A DNA stretch of 64,000 nucleotides, taken from assembly GCA_035559535.1 (NCBI GenBank), contig DATMBG010000037.1:132475-196474 (forward strand), given 5' to 3'. A program made the translations under genes and the position numbers. Positions 19,583 through 28,933 of this stretch are shown piece by piece (within the stretch, counting starts at the first letter, position 1; every line of letters begins with the position of its first letter). Origin of the DNA: Candidatus Limnocylindrales bacterium (GTDB lineage Bacteria; Moduliflexota; Moduliflexia; Moduliflexales; JAUQPW01). The notes under the pieces are model-generated. The model saw only the letters and a list, made by a program, of their open reading frames with translations, did not search any database and had not been told where the DNA came from.

Positions 19583-20752
19583 ATGTCATCGGATCTCTTA
19601 AACGAGGCAAAATTACCTGCAATTGTTTTACTGACCCTCTTATTTACCTTGATGGTTATCGGCGTCATTGTTTATTTTGCTGTTGGCGCTCATCGGCCCG
19701 GATTTGCCATCGCCATGCTGGTTATAATAGCTTTTCTGGCCATAGCAGTAACCATTCTTTATCTCTGGAAGGGTGTGATTACCGTTGAAGAAAAGCGGGC
19801 CATGGTTGTGGAGCGATTGGGGCAATTCCATGCGGTTTATGGTGCCGGAGTTCATATTTTACTTCCTTTTATTGATCGGCCCCGGAAGCTCCAGGTCAGA
19901 AGTGTAAATGGGGAGTTTATACAGGTTGAAGATATCGATTTAAGGGAGAGGACTGTAGATCTGCCTGCACAGGTCGTTATTACCAAGGATAACTGGCAGG
20001 TCGAAGTCGATAGTGTAGCTCAGTATCAGATTGTGGATCCCAAACAAGCCGTTTATGGAACAGCCAACGTGGTTCTGGCTATGGAAGAGTTGATCAAAAC
20101 TTCTCTAAGGGATGTTATCGGAGGGATCACTTTGCAGGATTTGCTGGGTGGACGAGAGAAGATTAATGCGGAATTAAAACTACGGATCAGCAAAACCAGT
20201 GCAGATTGGGGAGTTCAAGTTCGTGAAGTGGGGTTGCAAAGGATTAATCCACCTGCCGCCTACATTGAGTCCATGAGCAGGAAGCAGGCGGCTATTGCAG
20301 AAGCGGAGGGTAAGAAACAAGCAGCCATTGCAGAAGCGGAGGGTAAGAAACAGGCAGCTATTCTGGAAGCCGAAGGGGAACGGGCAAAGATCAATGCCTA
20401 TGAAAGTACCGATGTTCTTTTAAGAGTCAAATACCTGGAAGCCTTGGGGAGGATCGCAAACGGTAACGCAACTAAGGTATTTATTCCTTTCCCCAACGAT
20501 CCGAGTCAGGCAAATCTTTTCAGTAATATTATGAATGTAATGGCCGGCGTGGGAGAAGCCTTTTCTACCAAAGATTTTAATACCCCGGCTGGTGGACAGG
20601 GTTCCAAACCGTCTCCTGAAAGTACTACCAAACCTTCGGTCCATAAACCCGAACCTGCCAAATCAGATCCCCATAAACTTGGGCAACGACCCCTAGTCAA
20701 AAGACCTGTACCCCCCTCATCTCCACAATCCCCTCCAAAGGCAGAATCCTAA
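19583..20752 (+). CDS. SPFH/band 7 (stomatin/flotillin-like) membrane protein with C-terminal repeats
   Basis: ATG at 19583 preceded by gggaggaaagg. One N-terminal TM helix, then an SPFH domain (VEEKRAMVVERLGQFHAVYGAGVHILLPFID). Three tandem KQAAIAEAEGK heptad-like repeats, then a Pro/Ser-rich tail. Confidence 0.75.
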   Translation: MSSDLLNEAKLPAIVLLTLLFTLMVIGVIVYFAVGAHRPGFAIAMLVIIAFLAIAVTILYLWKGVITVEEKRAMVVERLGQFHAVYGAGVHILLPFIDRPRKLQVRSVNGEFIQVEDIDLRERTVDLPAQVVITKDNWQVEVDSVAQYQIVDPKQAVYGTANVVLAMEELIKTSLRDVIGGITLQDLLGGREKINAELKLRISKTSADWGVQVREVGLQRINPPAAYIESMSRKQAAIAEAEGKKQAAIAEAEGKKQAAILEAEGERAKINAYESTDVLLRVKYLEALGRIANGNATKVFIPFPNDPSQANLFSNIMNVMAGVGEAFSTKDFNTPAGGQGSKPSPESTTKPSVHKPEPAKSDPHKLGQRPLVKRPVPPSSPQSPPKAES

Positions 20753-20819
20753 CCCCCCTCGAGAGGATGTGGAAGCAGAATAGGAACCCCTATTTTCATC
20801 CTACATCCCAGGTTCCAGC

Positions 20820-21815
20820 GTGAGAAAGGTCTCCATTCCTCTGAATAAGATTTCATCCCAGGATATTAACCTGGCTAAAAATCCTAAGGCCATGGAAGAG
20901 GTGACCGCTATTCTAAAATTGTCCCAGGAAGAGCGAAACGCCAGGTTATCAGAGATTTCTCAGAGAATTACCCAGGGAACTGCTACCCTCTACGAAGAAA
21001 AAGTCCTGGCAAAGCTACTTTCTCCAGGTCAGGCAGAATGGATCTACTTGCTTAATAAAAACCTCTCTAAGATTGAGGCCCAAGGGACCGGTCTGGAAGA
21101 AGAAAAGCCTTCCTCATCAGAGGATGAACTAAAGCAGGAGGAAAGGACTCCTACTTCTTCCTCTACCCAAACTGAGGAACCTCCGGATCGAGTTTCCAGA
21201 ACAATCTTTTCAAACCGAAGTTTAGAAAAGGAACAATCAGACCTCAAAATCCTGCCTTCTCCATCTGAAATAGGATCTTACATGAAAGGTTTTTTAACTG
21301 GAGTTATCGGGGCCGGTCTCTTAATTCTGGGAATATGGAAAACTTTTAATTCCCCTGAAAGCTCAAAGTTTGAGGTAACCTTCTCTTCTCGATCTTCCTC
21401 GACCCCTTCTCTCCCTGCAGATACCCTTCAGGTTCTTCAGACCCAATTAGAAAAAGGACAGCAGGAGATCCGAATGGGTAATTTTAACCGGGGAGAGTCT
21501 GAACTGAAGGAAATTATGGTAAAATATCCGGAGACTTCCCAGGCTGAGGAAGCTTATCTGACACTGGCAGAAGCCTATCGATATCGGAGCCAAAAGCCGG
21601 ATCAAGCCCTCCAGCTTTATCAAGCTTTTTTAGAAAAATATCCCCATAGTTCCCGAACCGGTCTGGTTCTCTTAAAAATGGGATTCTGTTATGAAGACAT
21701 GGAGGATCGGGGGAATGCAGTAGCCATGTACCAATCTGTTATCCAACGCAACGGTGAAAAAAGTCGACTAGGGCAGCTAGCGGCTGAGAGATTGAAAACT
21801 CTAACAAAAGAGTAA
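20820..21815 (+). CDS. Hypothetical protein with a C-terminal TPR/YbgF(CpoB)-like domain
   Basis: The C-terminal ~110 aa (AEEAYLTLAEAYRYRSQKPDQALQLYQAFLEKYPHSSRTGLVLLKMGFCYEDM) looks like tetratricopeptide repeats similar to the YbgF C-terminus. The middle is low-complexity Ser/Thr/Glu. The GTG start is uncertain. Confidence 0.45.
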   Translation: MRKVSIPLNKISSQDINLAKNPKAMEEVTAILKLSQEERNARLSEISQRITQGTATLYEEKVLAKLLSPGQAEWIYLLNKNLSKIEAQGTGLEEEKPSSSEDELKQEERTPTSSSTQTEEPPDRVSRTIFSNRSLEKEQSDLKILPSPSEIGSYMKGFLTGVIGAGLLILGIWKTFNSPESSKFEVTFSSRSSSTPSLPADTLQVLQTQLEKGQQEIRMGNFNRGESELKEIMVKYPETSQAEEAYLTLAEAYRYRSQKPDQALQLYQAFLEKYPHSSRTGLVLLKMGFCYEDMEDRGNAVAMYQSVIQRNGEKSRLGQLAAERLKTLTKE

Positions 21816-21816
21816 G

Positions 21817-21994
21817 AGTGTGGGCGTGTGAAGGTATGAGAGTATGGGAGTGTGGAAGTAGGGAAGTATGGGAGTATGGAAGTGTGGGGGTGTGGGAGTG
21901 TGGACGTGGGGAGTAAATTCTCCCCTACTCCCCTACTCTCATACTCCTATACTCCCATACTTCCACACTCTCATAACTTCCACACTCCCATACT
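21817..21994. repeat. Hairpin-forming tandem octamer repeat element, copy 2 (the longest)
   Basis: About 12 TRTGGGAG-like units (21817-21913), the loop AAATTC, then the reverse-complement CTCCCAYA units (21920-21994). Confidence 0.8.
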
Positions 21995-22004
21995 TTATAA
22001 AGAA

Positions 22005-22811
22005 ATGCTATCACCTGAGATCCGAGATACCATTGTGCGGAGTAGTAAAATTTATGACCTTGGCCAGCCTATATATATGGGAATGCCTGTTTATCCTACC
22101 CATCCACCCTATATTTTTACCATGGTCCGACGACACGGGGATGTCTTTCGAGAAAATGGATTCAGCGGAGCTAACGAGCTCCTGGTTATGTGCGGACATA
22201 CGGGAACACATCTCGATGGATTAGGGCATATTTCCCAGAATTGTAAGCTCTACGGAGGAGTGGATGCGATAGAAACGCAAACTGGCGGAAAGGGATTAAA
22301 ATCCCATGGAATGGAAACGGTCGCCCCTATTCTTTGTCCGGGAGTTTTGTTAGATGTTCCGGCGTATCAAAATATAGAAGTCTTACCCCCTACCTATGAA
22401 ATTTCATCGGCAGAGTTAGAAGCTGTAGCAAAGTTTGAAGGGGTCTCTATTAATCCGGGCGATGCCGTTTTCATTCGTACGGGTTGGATCAGGCACTGGA
22501 ATACCCCCCAGACTTATATCGGACAGGATACCGGCCTTCCGGGTCCCAATAACGATGCGGCGGAATGGCTGGCCAGTAAGAAAATTCGCGTGACCGGAAG
22601 CGATACCATTACCTATGAATGTGTGAAGCCCAACACCAATCGGATGCCGGTTCATATGACTTTACTGGTCAAAAATGGTATTCATATTATTGAAATGATT
22701 AACCTTGAAGAATTATCTCGAGATCGTATTTATTCCTTTCTTACAATTATATCCCCACTTAAGATTGTCGGAGCAACCGGTTCCCCGATTCGACCTCTGG
22801 CTATCGTTTAA
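22005..22811 (+). CDS. Cyclase family protein (kynurenine formamidase/arylformamidase-like, PF04199)
   Basis: The metal-binding motif MCGHTGTHLDGLGH is present. I prefer the internal ATG at 22005, because the ORF-track start at 21852 lies inside the repeat element. Confidence 0.75.
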   Translation: MLSPEIRDTIVRSSKIYDLGQPIYMGMPVYPTHPPYIFTMVRRHGDVFRENGFSGANELLVMCGHTGTHLDGLGHISQNCKLYGGVDAIETQTGGKGLKSHGMETVAPILCPGVLLDVPAYQNIEVLPPTYEISSAELEAVAKFEGVSINPGDAVFIRTGWIRHWNTPQTYIGQDTGLPGPNNDAAEWLASKKIRVTGSDTITYECVKPNTNRMPVHMTLLVKNGIHIIEMINLEELSRDRIYSFLTIISPLKIVGATGSPIRPLAIV

Positions 22812-22827
22812 AATTAAAGGAACTTTC

Positions 22828-24108
22828 GTGTCGAAGAAGGCAAGTAATTTAGAAATTTTTAGCTGGTGCATGTATGATTTTGCTAATTCCTCCTTTACGA
22901 CCGTCATCGTCACCGCTTTTTACGTCCTTTACTTTAAAGAGGTCGTACTTAAGGGTTACTCTCCCGAAGAAGGGGATTTTTTCTGGGGGTTGAACATTTC
23001 CTTATCTATGTTATTTGTAGCCCTGTCTTCACCGATATTAGGTGCCATAGCCGATTATTCCGGGGCCAAGAAAAAATTTCTCCGATTTTATTCCCTTCAG
23101 TGTATCCTTTTTACCGCACTTCTGTTCTTTGTGAAGGAGGGAGATCTTTTACCTGGAATGCTATTTTTCATTCTGGCCAATATCGGATTTGAAGGCGGGA
23201 TTGTTTTTTATAATGCTTTTTTGCCCGAGATTGCAACCTCTGAAAATATAGGACGTATTTCAGGTTATGGGTGGGCTCTGGGATATTTGGGCGGTCTGGC
23301 TTCCTTAGTGATGGTCCTCCCTCTCGTCAAGGGAGGATTCACCCCGGAAAATCTCTTGAACTGTCGACTGAGTTTCGTGGTCATCGCCCTCTGTTTTTTA
23401 GTTTTTTCACTTCCTACCTTTATTTTTTTAAAAGAGCGGGCAATGCCTAGAACTCCCCCGGCCGGGCAAAGCTATATTCAGGCCGGTTTTTCAACACTGG
23501 CTGGTACTTTTCGGGAGATAAAACGATATCGAGAACTGCTCAAGTTTCTTCTGGCCTTTTTTCTTTTTAATGATGCCATTGCCACAACCATCGCCTTTAG
23601 TGCCGCCTATGCCCAGGATACCTTGCATTTTACCGTGAGCGAGAATATTACTTTAATTATCGTGATTAATATAACGGCAGCCATCGGTGCCTTCCTGTTC
23701 GGTTTTGTGGTCGACCGGATCGGAGCCAAAAAAACTATCAGTATTACCCTGTTGATCTGGATTATGGTTGTCATCAGCGCTTATTTTAGTGAGACTAAGA
23801 CGAGTTTCTGGATTATTGCTAATATAGCCGGAACAGCCATCGGTGCTTCCCAATCTGCCAGTCGTAGTTTGATCGGTAGCTTTTCACCGAAAGAAAGAAG
23901 TGCGGAGTTCTTCGGATTCGAGGCAGTCTGTGGGAGGTTTTCGGCTATTTTTGGACCTCTGGTCTTTGGGACCGTATCTTCCTGGACAGGTAATCAACGG
24001 TATGCCGTACTTTCGATAGGTTTTTTCTTTACCCTGGGTTTAATCTTACTCCAGCGGGTTAATGAAAAGGAAGGAATCGAGGCAGCAAGAATCGGAAATG
24101 CCGGTTAA
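22828..24108 (+). CDS. MFS transporter, Atg22-like (UMF1) family
   Basis: About 12 predicted TM helices; the N-terminal IFSWCMYDFANSSFTTVIVTAFY motif is typical of the Atg22/UMF1 clan. A GTG start at 22828, just after the cyclase stop, is preferred over the overlapping upstream ATG. Confidence 0.6.
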   Translation: MSKKASNLEIFSWCMYDFANSSFTTVIVTAFYVLYFKEVVLKGYSPEEGDFFWGLNISLSMLFVALSSPILGAIADYSGAKKKFLRFYSLQCILFTALLFFVKEGDLLPGMLFFILANIGFEGGIVFYNAFLPEIATSENIGRISGYGWALGYLGGLASLVMVLPLVKGGFTPENLLNCRLSFVVIALCFLVFSLPTFIFLKERAMPRTPPAGQSYIQAGFSTLAGTFREIKRYRELLKFLLAFFLFNDAIATTIAFSAAYAQDTLHFTVSENITLIIVINITAAIGAFLFGFVVDRIGAKKTISITLLIWIMVVISAYFSETKTSFWIIANIAGTAIGASQSASRSLIGSFSPKERSAEFFGFEAVCGRFSAIFGPLVFGTVSSWTGNQRYAVLSIGFFFTLGLILLQRVNEKEGIEAARIGNAG

Positions 24109-24218
24109 TGAAGAAGGAAGAATAAAGGAATGCTTAGGATTCATGGTTTTAGGAAGCGATTGACGATTGGCGATTGGGAGGTTACCCATCGTCGCTCGCT
24201 GTTCGCTGAAGATAACTC

Positions 24219-24908
24219 TTGTTAAAGGTTTTAGGAATTGATACCTCCACCATGACCGGAAGTGTCGGGCTTCTTAATGATCGGGAATTAATGGGGGAAT
24301 ATACAATAGGTAATCTGGCTAATCATTCCGAACGGTTGATGACGATGATAGACCTTTTGCTGAAGGAAGTAAACTTAAAGCCGGAAGAAATAGATGGAAT
24401 AGCGGTTGCCCTGGGACCCGGATCTTTTACAGGACTACGCATTGGGGTAACTACAGCAAAGGCCCTGGCTTACAGTCTGAAGAAACCGATTGTCGGGATT
24501 CCTACTCTAGATGCCCTGGCCCAGCATTTTACTTTAACAGACAGGTTGATCTGTCCCATTCTGGATGCCAGAAAACAGGAAGTATACTCGGCTTTTTATC
24601 GGTCTGATGGTCATAAAGCTCAGAGAATATCGGATTATCAGGTGAGTTCAATTGAAAAAGTTCTGGAGAAAATTCAAGAGCCCGTGGTATTTTTAGGAAA
24701 TGGCCTGATTCTTTATCAATCCCATATTGCAAAGGCTTTGGGTGAAAAGGCTCTTTTTGCAGACCCGGCCCATTCTTCCCCAAGGGGTGGCTTAATCGCC
24801 TGGTTAGGTCTTCAACGTCTGACCCAACAAGATCAGGATGATCCTTTCTCTCTGGTCCCTCTGTATGTGCGGAGGTCGGACGCAGAGATCTTTTGGGAGA
24901 AACGGTAG
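24219..24908 (+). CDS. tsaB: tRNA threonylcarbamoyladenosine biosynthesis protein TsaB (YeaZ)
   Basis: The N-terminus ILGIDTSTMTGSVGLL matches the inactive Kae1/YeaZ-like fold. The length is 229 aa and the start is TTG. Confidence 0.75.
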   Translation: MLKVLGIDTSTMTGSVGLLNDRELMGEYTIGNLANHSERLMTMIDLLLKEVNLKPEEIDGIAVALGPGSFTGLRIGVTTAKALAYSLKKPIVGIPTLDALAQHFTLTDRLICPILDARKQEVYSAFYRSDGHKAQRISDYQVSSIEKVLEKIQEPVVFLGNGLILYQSHIAKALGEKALFADPAHSSPRGGLIAWLGLQRLTQQDQDDPFSLVPLYVRRSDAEIFWEKR

Positions 24909-25030
24909 AGAGAGTATAGGAATGTGGGGGTATGGGAGTATAGGAGTGTGGAAGTATGGGAGTGTGGGAGTATGGAGGTGAATTCTCCCTTACTTCCATA
25001 CTTCCATACCCCCACACTCCCATACCATCA
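24909..25030. repeat. Hairpin-forming tandem octamer repeat element, copy 3
   Basis: Eight TRTGGGAG-like units, the loop GAATTC, then reverse-complement units. It exactly fills the tsaB-hemB intergenic space. Confidence 0.8.
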
Positions 25031-25034
25031 ACTT

Positions 25035-26003
25035 ATGAGTTTTCCTATTTATCGTCCTCGACGACTTAGAAAAAACGAGAGTTTTCGTCGTATGATACGA
25101 GAAACTCGTATTTCTGTGGATGATCTGGTTTATCCTTTGTTTGTGGTTCCCGGAAGTCATATTAAGAGTGAAATACCCTCCATGCCGGGAAATTATCATT
25201 TTTCTGTGGATCGGTTGGTGGAAGAGGTGAAAGAGGTTTATGATTTGCGGATTCCCGCGGTTTTGCTCTTTGGAATTCCTGAAAGTAAGGATAGTGTGGG
25301 TTCTGGAGCCTATGATGAAAACGGGATTATCCAGAGAGCTGTACGAGCTATCAAAGAGAGAGTACCCAACATGATGGTTATTACCGATATTTGTCTGTGC
25401 GAGTACACCGATCATGGCCATTGTGGAGTAGTTCTAGATGGAGAGATTCAAAATGATGAAACGTTAAAGCTTCTTCAAAAAACAGCCTTATCCCACGTGA
25501 AAGCCGGTGCGGATATGGTAGCACCTTCCGACATGATGGATGGAAGGGTTAAGGCGATTCGAGAAATTCTCGATAATACCGGGTATTCCCATATTCCTAT
25601 CATGGCTTATTCGGCTAAATATGCCTCAAGCTTTTATGGACCTTTTCGCGATGCCGCCCACTCCGCTCCACAATTTGGAGATCGCCGGTCTTATCAAATG
25701 GATCCCGGGAACAGCCAGGAAGCAATTCGGGAAACCCTGCTGGATATTGAAGAAGGTGCCGATATCGTCATGGTCAAACCGGCTCTTCCTTATTTAGATG
25801 TGATATATCGAGTTAAAACCGAGCTGGGTATGCCCACAGCGGCCTATAATGTAAGCGGTGAATACTGTATGGTTAAAGCGGCTGCGTCCCGGGGATGGAT
25901 TGATGGGGAGCGGGCTATGATGGAGATGTTACTGGGGATTAAACGAGCGGGGGCAGATATTATCCTGACTTACTTTGCCAAGGAGGTGGCCGCACGATTA
26001 TAA
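25035..26003 (+). CDS. hemB: Porphobilinogen synthase (delta-aminolevulinic acid dehydratase)
   Basis: The [25 protein letters not shown]-terminus, the active-site region with the cysteine-rich zinc site [14 protein letters not shown], and the Schiff-base lysine region ([11 protein letters not shown]) are all present. Confidence 0.9.
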   Translation: MSFPIYRPRRLRKNESFRRMIRETRISVDDLVYPLFVVPGSHIKSEIPSMPGNYHFSVDRLVEEVKEVYDLRIPAVLLFGIPESKDSVGSGAYDENGIIQRAVRAIKERVPNMMVITDICLCEYTDHGHCGVVLDGEIQNDETLKLLQKTALSHVKAGADMVAPSDMMDGRVKAIREILDNTGYSHIPIMAYSAKYASSFYGPFRDAAHSAPQFGDRRSYQMDPGNSQEAIRETLLDIEEGADIVMVKPALPYLDVIYRVKTELGMPTAAYNVSGEYCMVKAAASRGWIDGERAMMEMLLGIKRAGADIILTYFAKEVAARL

Positions 26004-26017
26004 AACTCCTTGACAAA

Positions 26018-26047
26018 AAGATCTCCCTTTCTGTATGTTAAAACTAC
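26018..26047 (+). promoter_or_regulatory. Candidate sigma-70 promoter (TTGACA-18-TATGTT) upstream of lepB, followed by the palindrome GAATGAG-TGTACG-CTCATTC (26066-26085)
   Basis: A consensus -35 hexamer and a plausible -10. The downstream 7-bp-arm palindrome could be an operator. Confidence 0.3.
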
Positions 26048-26140
26048 TGTGGTTATGAGGTAGAATGAGTGTACGCTCATTCAGAATTTTAGGTTTCTGG
26101 AGATATTAACCGTAGCTAATTCTGATTCTTTTCAACAAGA

Positions 26141-26740
26141 ATGGACAGAGCTATTCAAAGGATTGTACTGGTTATGCAACAATATATAAAAATCTTAGAA
26201 CACTGGAAAGCTGACATGACTAAAGGTTACAAGGGCGTTATTCTGGAGTGGATTAAAACCGGAGTTATTGCTATTATTCTTTCCTTCATTATCAAGGCTA
26301 CCGTTGTAGAAGCCTACCTGGTACCCAGTAGTTCCATGGTACCGACCATCCAAATTGGAGATCGTATTCTGGGAAATAAGTTTATTTATTGGTTTACAGA
26401 CCCCAAACCCGGAGACATCGTTGTTTTTCGTCCTCCTCCAGAGGCCCACACCAATGTTCCACGATATGTTAAAAGAGTGGTAGCCGTAGAAGGAGATCTT
26501 GTGGAAATAAAAAATGGCATGTTATATGTTAACGGAAAACCTCGAAAGGAAGATTATATCAAGGAACCTCCAGAATACACCTTTGGACCTAAGCGGGTTC
26601 CAAAGGGCCACATATTCGTCTTAGGAGACAATCGGAATAACAGCCATGACGGTCATGTTTGGGAATTCCTTCCTAAAGAAAATCTACTGGCCAAGGTATT
26701 TTTCCGATTCTGGCCACCGAGCCGGATAGGAGTGCTATAA
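26141..26740 (+). CDS. lepB: Signal peptidase I
   Basis: S26 motifs SSSMVPTIQIGDRIL (Ser nucleophile), the KRVVAVEGD Lys box and GDNRNNSHDG are present. Confidence 0.8.
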   Translation: MDRAIQRIVLVMQQYIKILEHWKADMTKGYKGVILEWIKTGVIAIILSFIIKATVVEAYLVPSSSMVPTIQIGDRILGNKFIYWFTDPKPGDIVVFRPPPEAHTNVPRYVKRVVAVEGDLVEIKNGMLYVNGKPRKEDYIKEPPEYTFGPKRVPKGHIFVLGDNRNNSHDGHVWEFLPKENLLAKVFFRFWPPSRIGVL

Positions 26741-27028
26741 ATAAGGGCATAGGGGCGATCCCAGAGATCGCCCTCACCAGATCTCACTATACTCTTCCAC
26801 CGAATTTAAGGTGCAGGACTGACCTGTCTTAAATTTCTCTGGCAAGGCGAAACCTCCAGATAGGTATTCCCAGACTCTATCTGGGAATAAAGTTAGGAAC
26901 AGAAATAGTAGAGAACCTTACAAAAGTAAAGTCATTAAGAGAATTTATTCCTCACCCGAACTTACCTGAGTTTCCGATCTGCTTACCTTCATCTTGACAT
27001 CCCCTTTTCCCTTAGAGTATATAAAATT

Positions 27029-28711
27029 ATGCAATCTTTTTTGATTCAAAGGTTTAAGGGTTTTTTTCCACAAACCTTTACGTTTCTCAAAAATTTGCAG
27101 GCCCATAATACCCGAGAATGGTTTGCAGCCCACAGGGAAGAGTTTTATCGCTACCTGGATCAACCCCTTCGAGCTCTTCTTAGGGATTTGGGTCCCTTTA
27201 TCTCCCAAACCTTTCCCGCCTTCAAATGGGAAACCACTCCCAAAACGGGGAAGTGCCTTTCCCGGATTCATATCCAGGGTAAGTCAGGAGTAAACTTATA
27301 CTATACCCATTACTGGGGAGCATTTTATCGTCAAAGTCAAACCAAACAGCGTGATGCCCAGCTTTTTATCAGCCTTCATCCTGAAAAGGTTCGGATAGGA
27401 TTTCATCTGGGATCTGAAGCTAGGCTGGTATGGATGCGGTTTCAAAAAAATATTAAAAAGAATCCCCATTTTTTTCAATCCCTGCTGAGGGAATTAGTTT
27501 TAAAGGAATCCTATATCTTCGAAACCCTTAAGAAATCCAAGGAGGTTCCCCATCCACTTCCTGAAGTACACGATTTAGAAGCCTTAAAAACCTGGGCTCA
27601 GGCCCGAGAAATGACAATAGCCCGGGAGTTAGATCTGCAAGAACCCCGCCTCTATCAACCTGAGCTGGTTCAGGTAGTAGAGGAGATTTTTAAAGATCTT
27701 TATCCCTTTTATGTGTTTGTTACAACTCCGGACCCCATTTCTAAGCTAAATGGCCGAATACGAGTGGCTGACCGACCTGCTTTATCTTTGACCAAAGCCC
27801 TCCGAGGTCTGGTTAAAGAAGAACCCACGCCCTATCCTTCCACGACGTCTTTACCGGCTTATACCTTTCAGCAACTTCTGGAAGAAACTTACCTGGAAGA
27901 ATCCTTCCTTAGAAGTATAGAAAACTTATTAAGCTCTGGGAAAAAGCAGGCGATTTTTACAGGGCCTCCTGGAACCGGAAAGACCTATGTGGCTCAAAAG
28001 TTTGCCAGATATCTACAAGGATCTGAGGGTCGGGTGCAACTTATTCAATTTCACCCTACTTATGGGTATGAAGAATTTATGGAAGGAATCCGACCTCAAC
28101 TGGTTCAAACCCGGGAGGGTTTCCACGAGGTAACTTATGAAGTAGAAGCGGGTGTTTTTAAAGCGTTTTGCGAGGAAGCTCGGGGGAGAAAGGGAAATTA
28201 CGTTTTTATTATCGATGAAATCAATCGTGGAAATCTTTCTCGAGTTTTTGGAGAATTACTCTACCTGCTGGAATATCGGGATCAAGAGATCATTCTCCCC
28301 TACTCACGCCAGCGCTTCTCCATTCCAGAGAATGTTTATATCTTGGGGACTATGAACACAGCCGACCGTTCCATTGCTTTGGTCGACTTTGCATTACGTC
28401 GACGGTTCCATTTTGTTTCCTTCGAAGCCGACCAGGCCGTTTTAAAACGCTGGCTTGAAAAGAATTGTCCTTCCATGATGGAATCGGCATTAGAGATTTT
28501 TACCCTCCTGGATCGAGCCATTGAAGATAAGCACTTCAAGATCGGGTTTAGCTATTTTATGGATCCGGAATTGGATCAGGACAAACTTCGACTTCTCTGG
28601 AACTATACCCTTCGACCTTATCTGGACGAATACTGGTTTAACGATCCCTCGCGGGTTTCTAAACTTGAGGAGAAGGTCAGGAAGATCCTCTCCAAAGAAA
28701 AGAGCTCGTAA
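27029..28711 (+). CDS. DUF2461 (TIGR02453-like) domain fused to a McrB-family AAA+ GTPase domain
   Basis: The N-terminal ~230 aa begin FKGFFPQTFTFLKNLQAHNTREWFAAHREEF, the DUF2461 signature. The C-terminal half has Walker A GPPGTGKT, the McrB-specific motifs QFHPTYGYEEFMEGIRP and MNTADRSIALVDFALRRRF, and Walker B FIIDEINRGN. There is a TTGACA-17-GTATAT promoter ending about 5 nt before the ATG, which suggests a leaderless mRNA. Confidence 0.8.
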   Translation: MQSFLIQRFKGFFPQTFTFLKNLQAHNTREWFAAHREEFYRYLDQPLRALLRDLGPFISQTFPAFKWETTPKTGKCLSRIHIQGKSGVNLYYTHYWGAFYRQSQTKQRDAQLFISLHPEKVRIGFHLGSEARLVWMRFQKNIKKNPHFFQSLLRELVLKESYIFETLKKSKEVPHPLPEVHDLEALKTWAQAREMTIARELDLQEPRLYQPELVQVVEEIFKDLYPFYVFVTTPDPISKLNGRIRVADRPALSLTKALRGLVKEEPTPYPSTTSLPAYTFQQLLEETYLEESFLRSIENLLSSGKKQAIFTGPPGTGKTYVAQKFARYLQGSEGRVQLIQFHPTYGYEEFMEGIRPQLVQTREGFHEVTYEVEAGVFKAFCEEARGRKGNYVFIIDEINRGNLSRVFGELLYLLEYRDQEIILPYSRQRFSIPENVYILGTMNTADRSIALVDFALRRRFHFVSFEADQAVLKRWLEKNCPSMMESALEIFTLLDRAIEDKHFKIGFSYFMDPELDQDKLRLLWNYTLRPYLDEYWFNDPSRVSKLEEKVRKILSKEKSS

Positions 28712-28933
28712 ATTTTTCCTGCCCATTGGGTTCTTGGGGAACGACCTGTTCTGGATCCGATCAAACAGGTCCTCCCTACCGGGGTTCAACCAACCCCAAA
28801 AAAAGCCACGGACCCCTATCCCTGACACATACAAAGTGGAAAAGGGGCCAGGTTTGAGCACCTGGACCCGTATAGAACGGAAGGGTATTATCCATAAAAA
28901 CTTAGAAGCCTCCTTTTAGGGAAAAGGATATAA

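Noticed and set aside
21852-22224. ORF-track proteins beginning MEVGKYGSMEVWGCG / MGVWKCGGVGVWTWG, and similar ORFs at 24529-25023, 24833-25015, 24924-25034 and 9113-9352
   Set aside because: They are translations of the octamer hairpin repeats. GTATGG/GAGTGT periodicity gives the M-G-V-W-E-Y pattern in any frame. There is no RBS and the same peptides appear on both strands. The real downstream genes start at internal ATGs just past the repeat.
26945-27271. A 108-aa minus-strand ORF overlapping the start of the DUF2461-McrB gene
   Set aside because: It overlaps a strongly supported gene and its promoter. It has a Lys/Gly-rich low-complexity translation and no RBS.
28490-28919. ORFs 28490-28861 (-) and 28521-28919 (+) as potential McrC-like partners downstream of the McrB-like gene
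   Set aside because: One is antisense to the McrB C-terminus and the other is in a different frame across the stop. Both are under 135 aa with no PD-(D/E)xK motifs, so they are not McrC.
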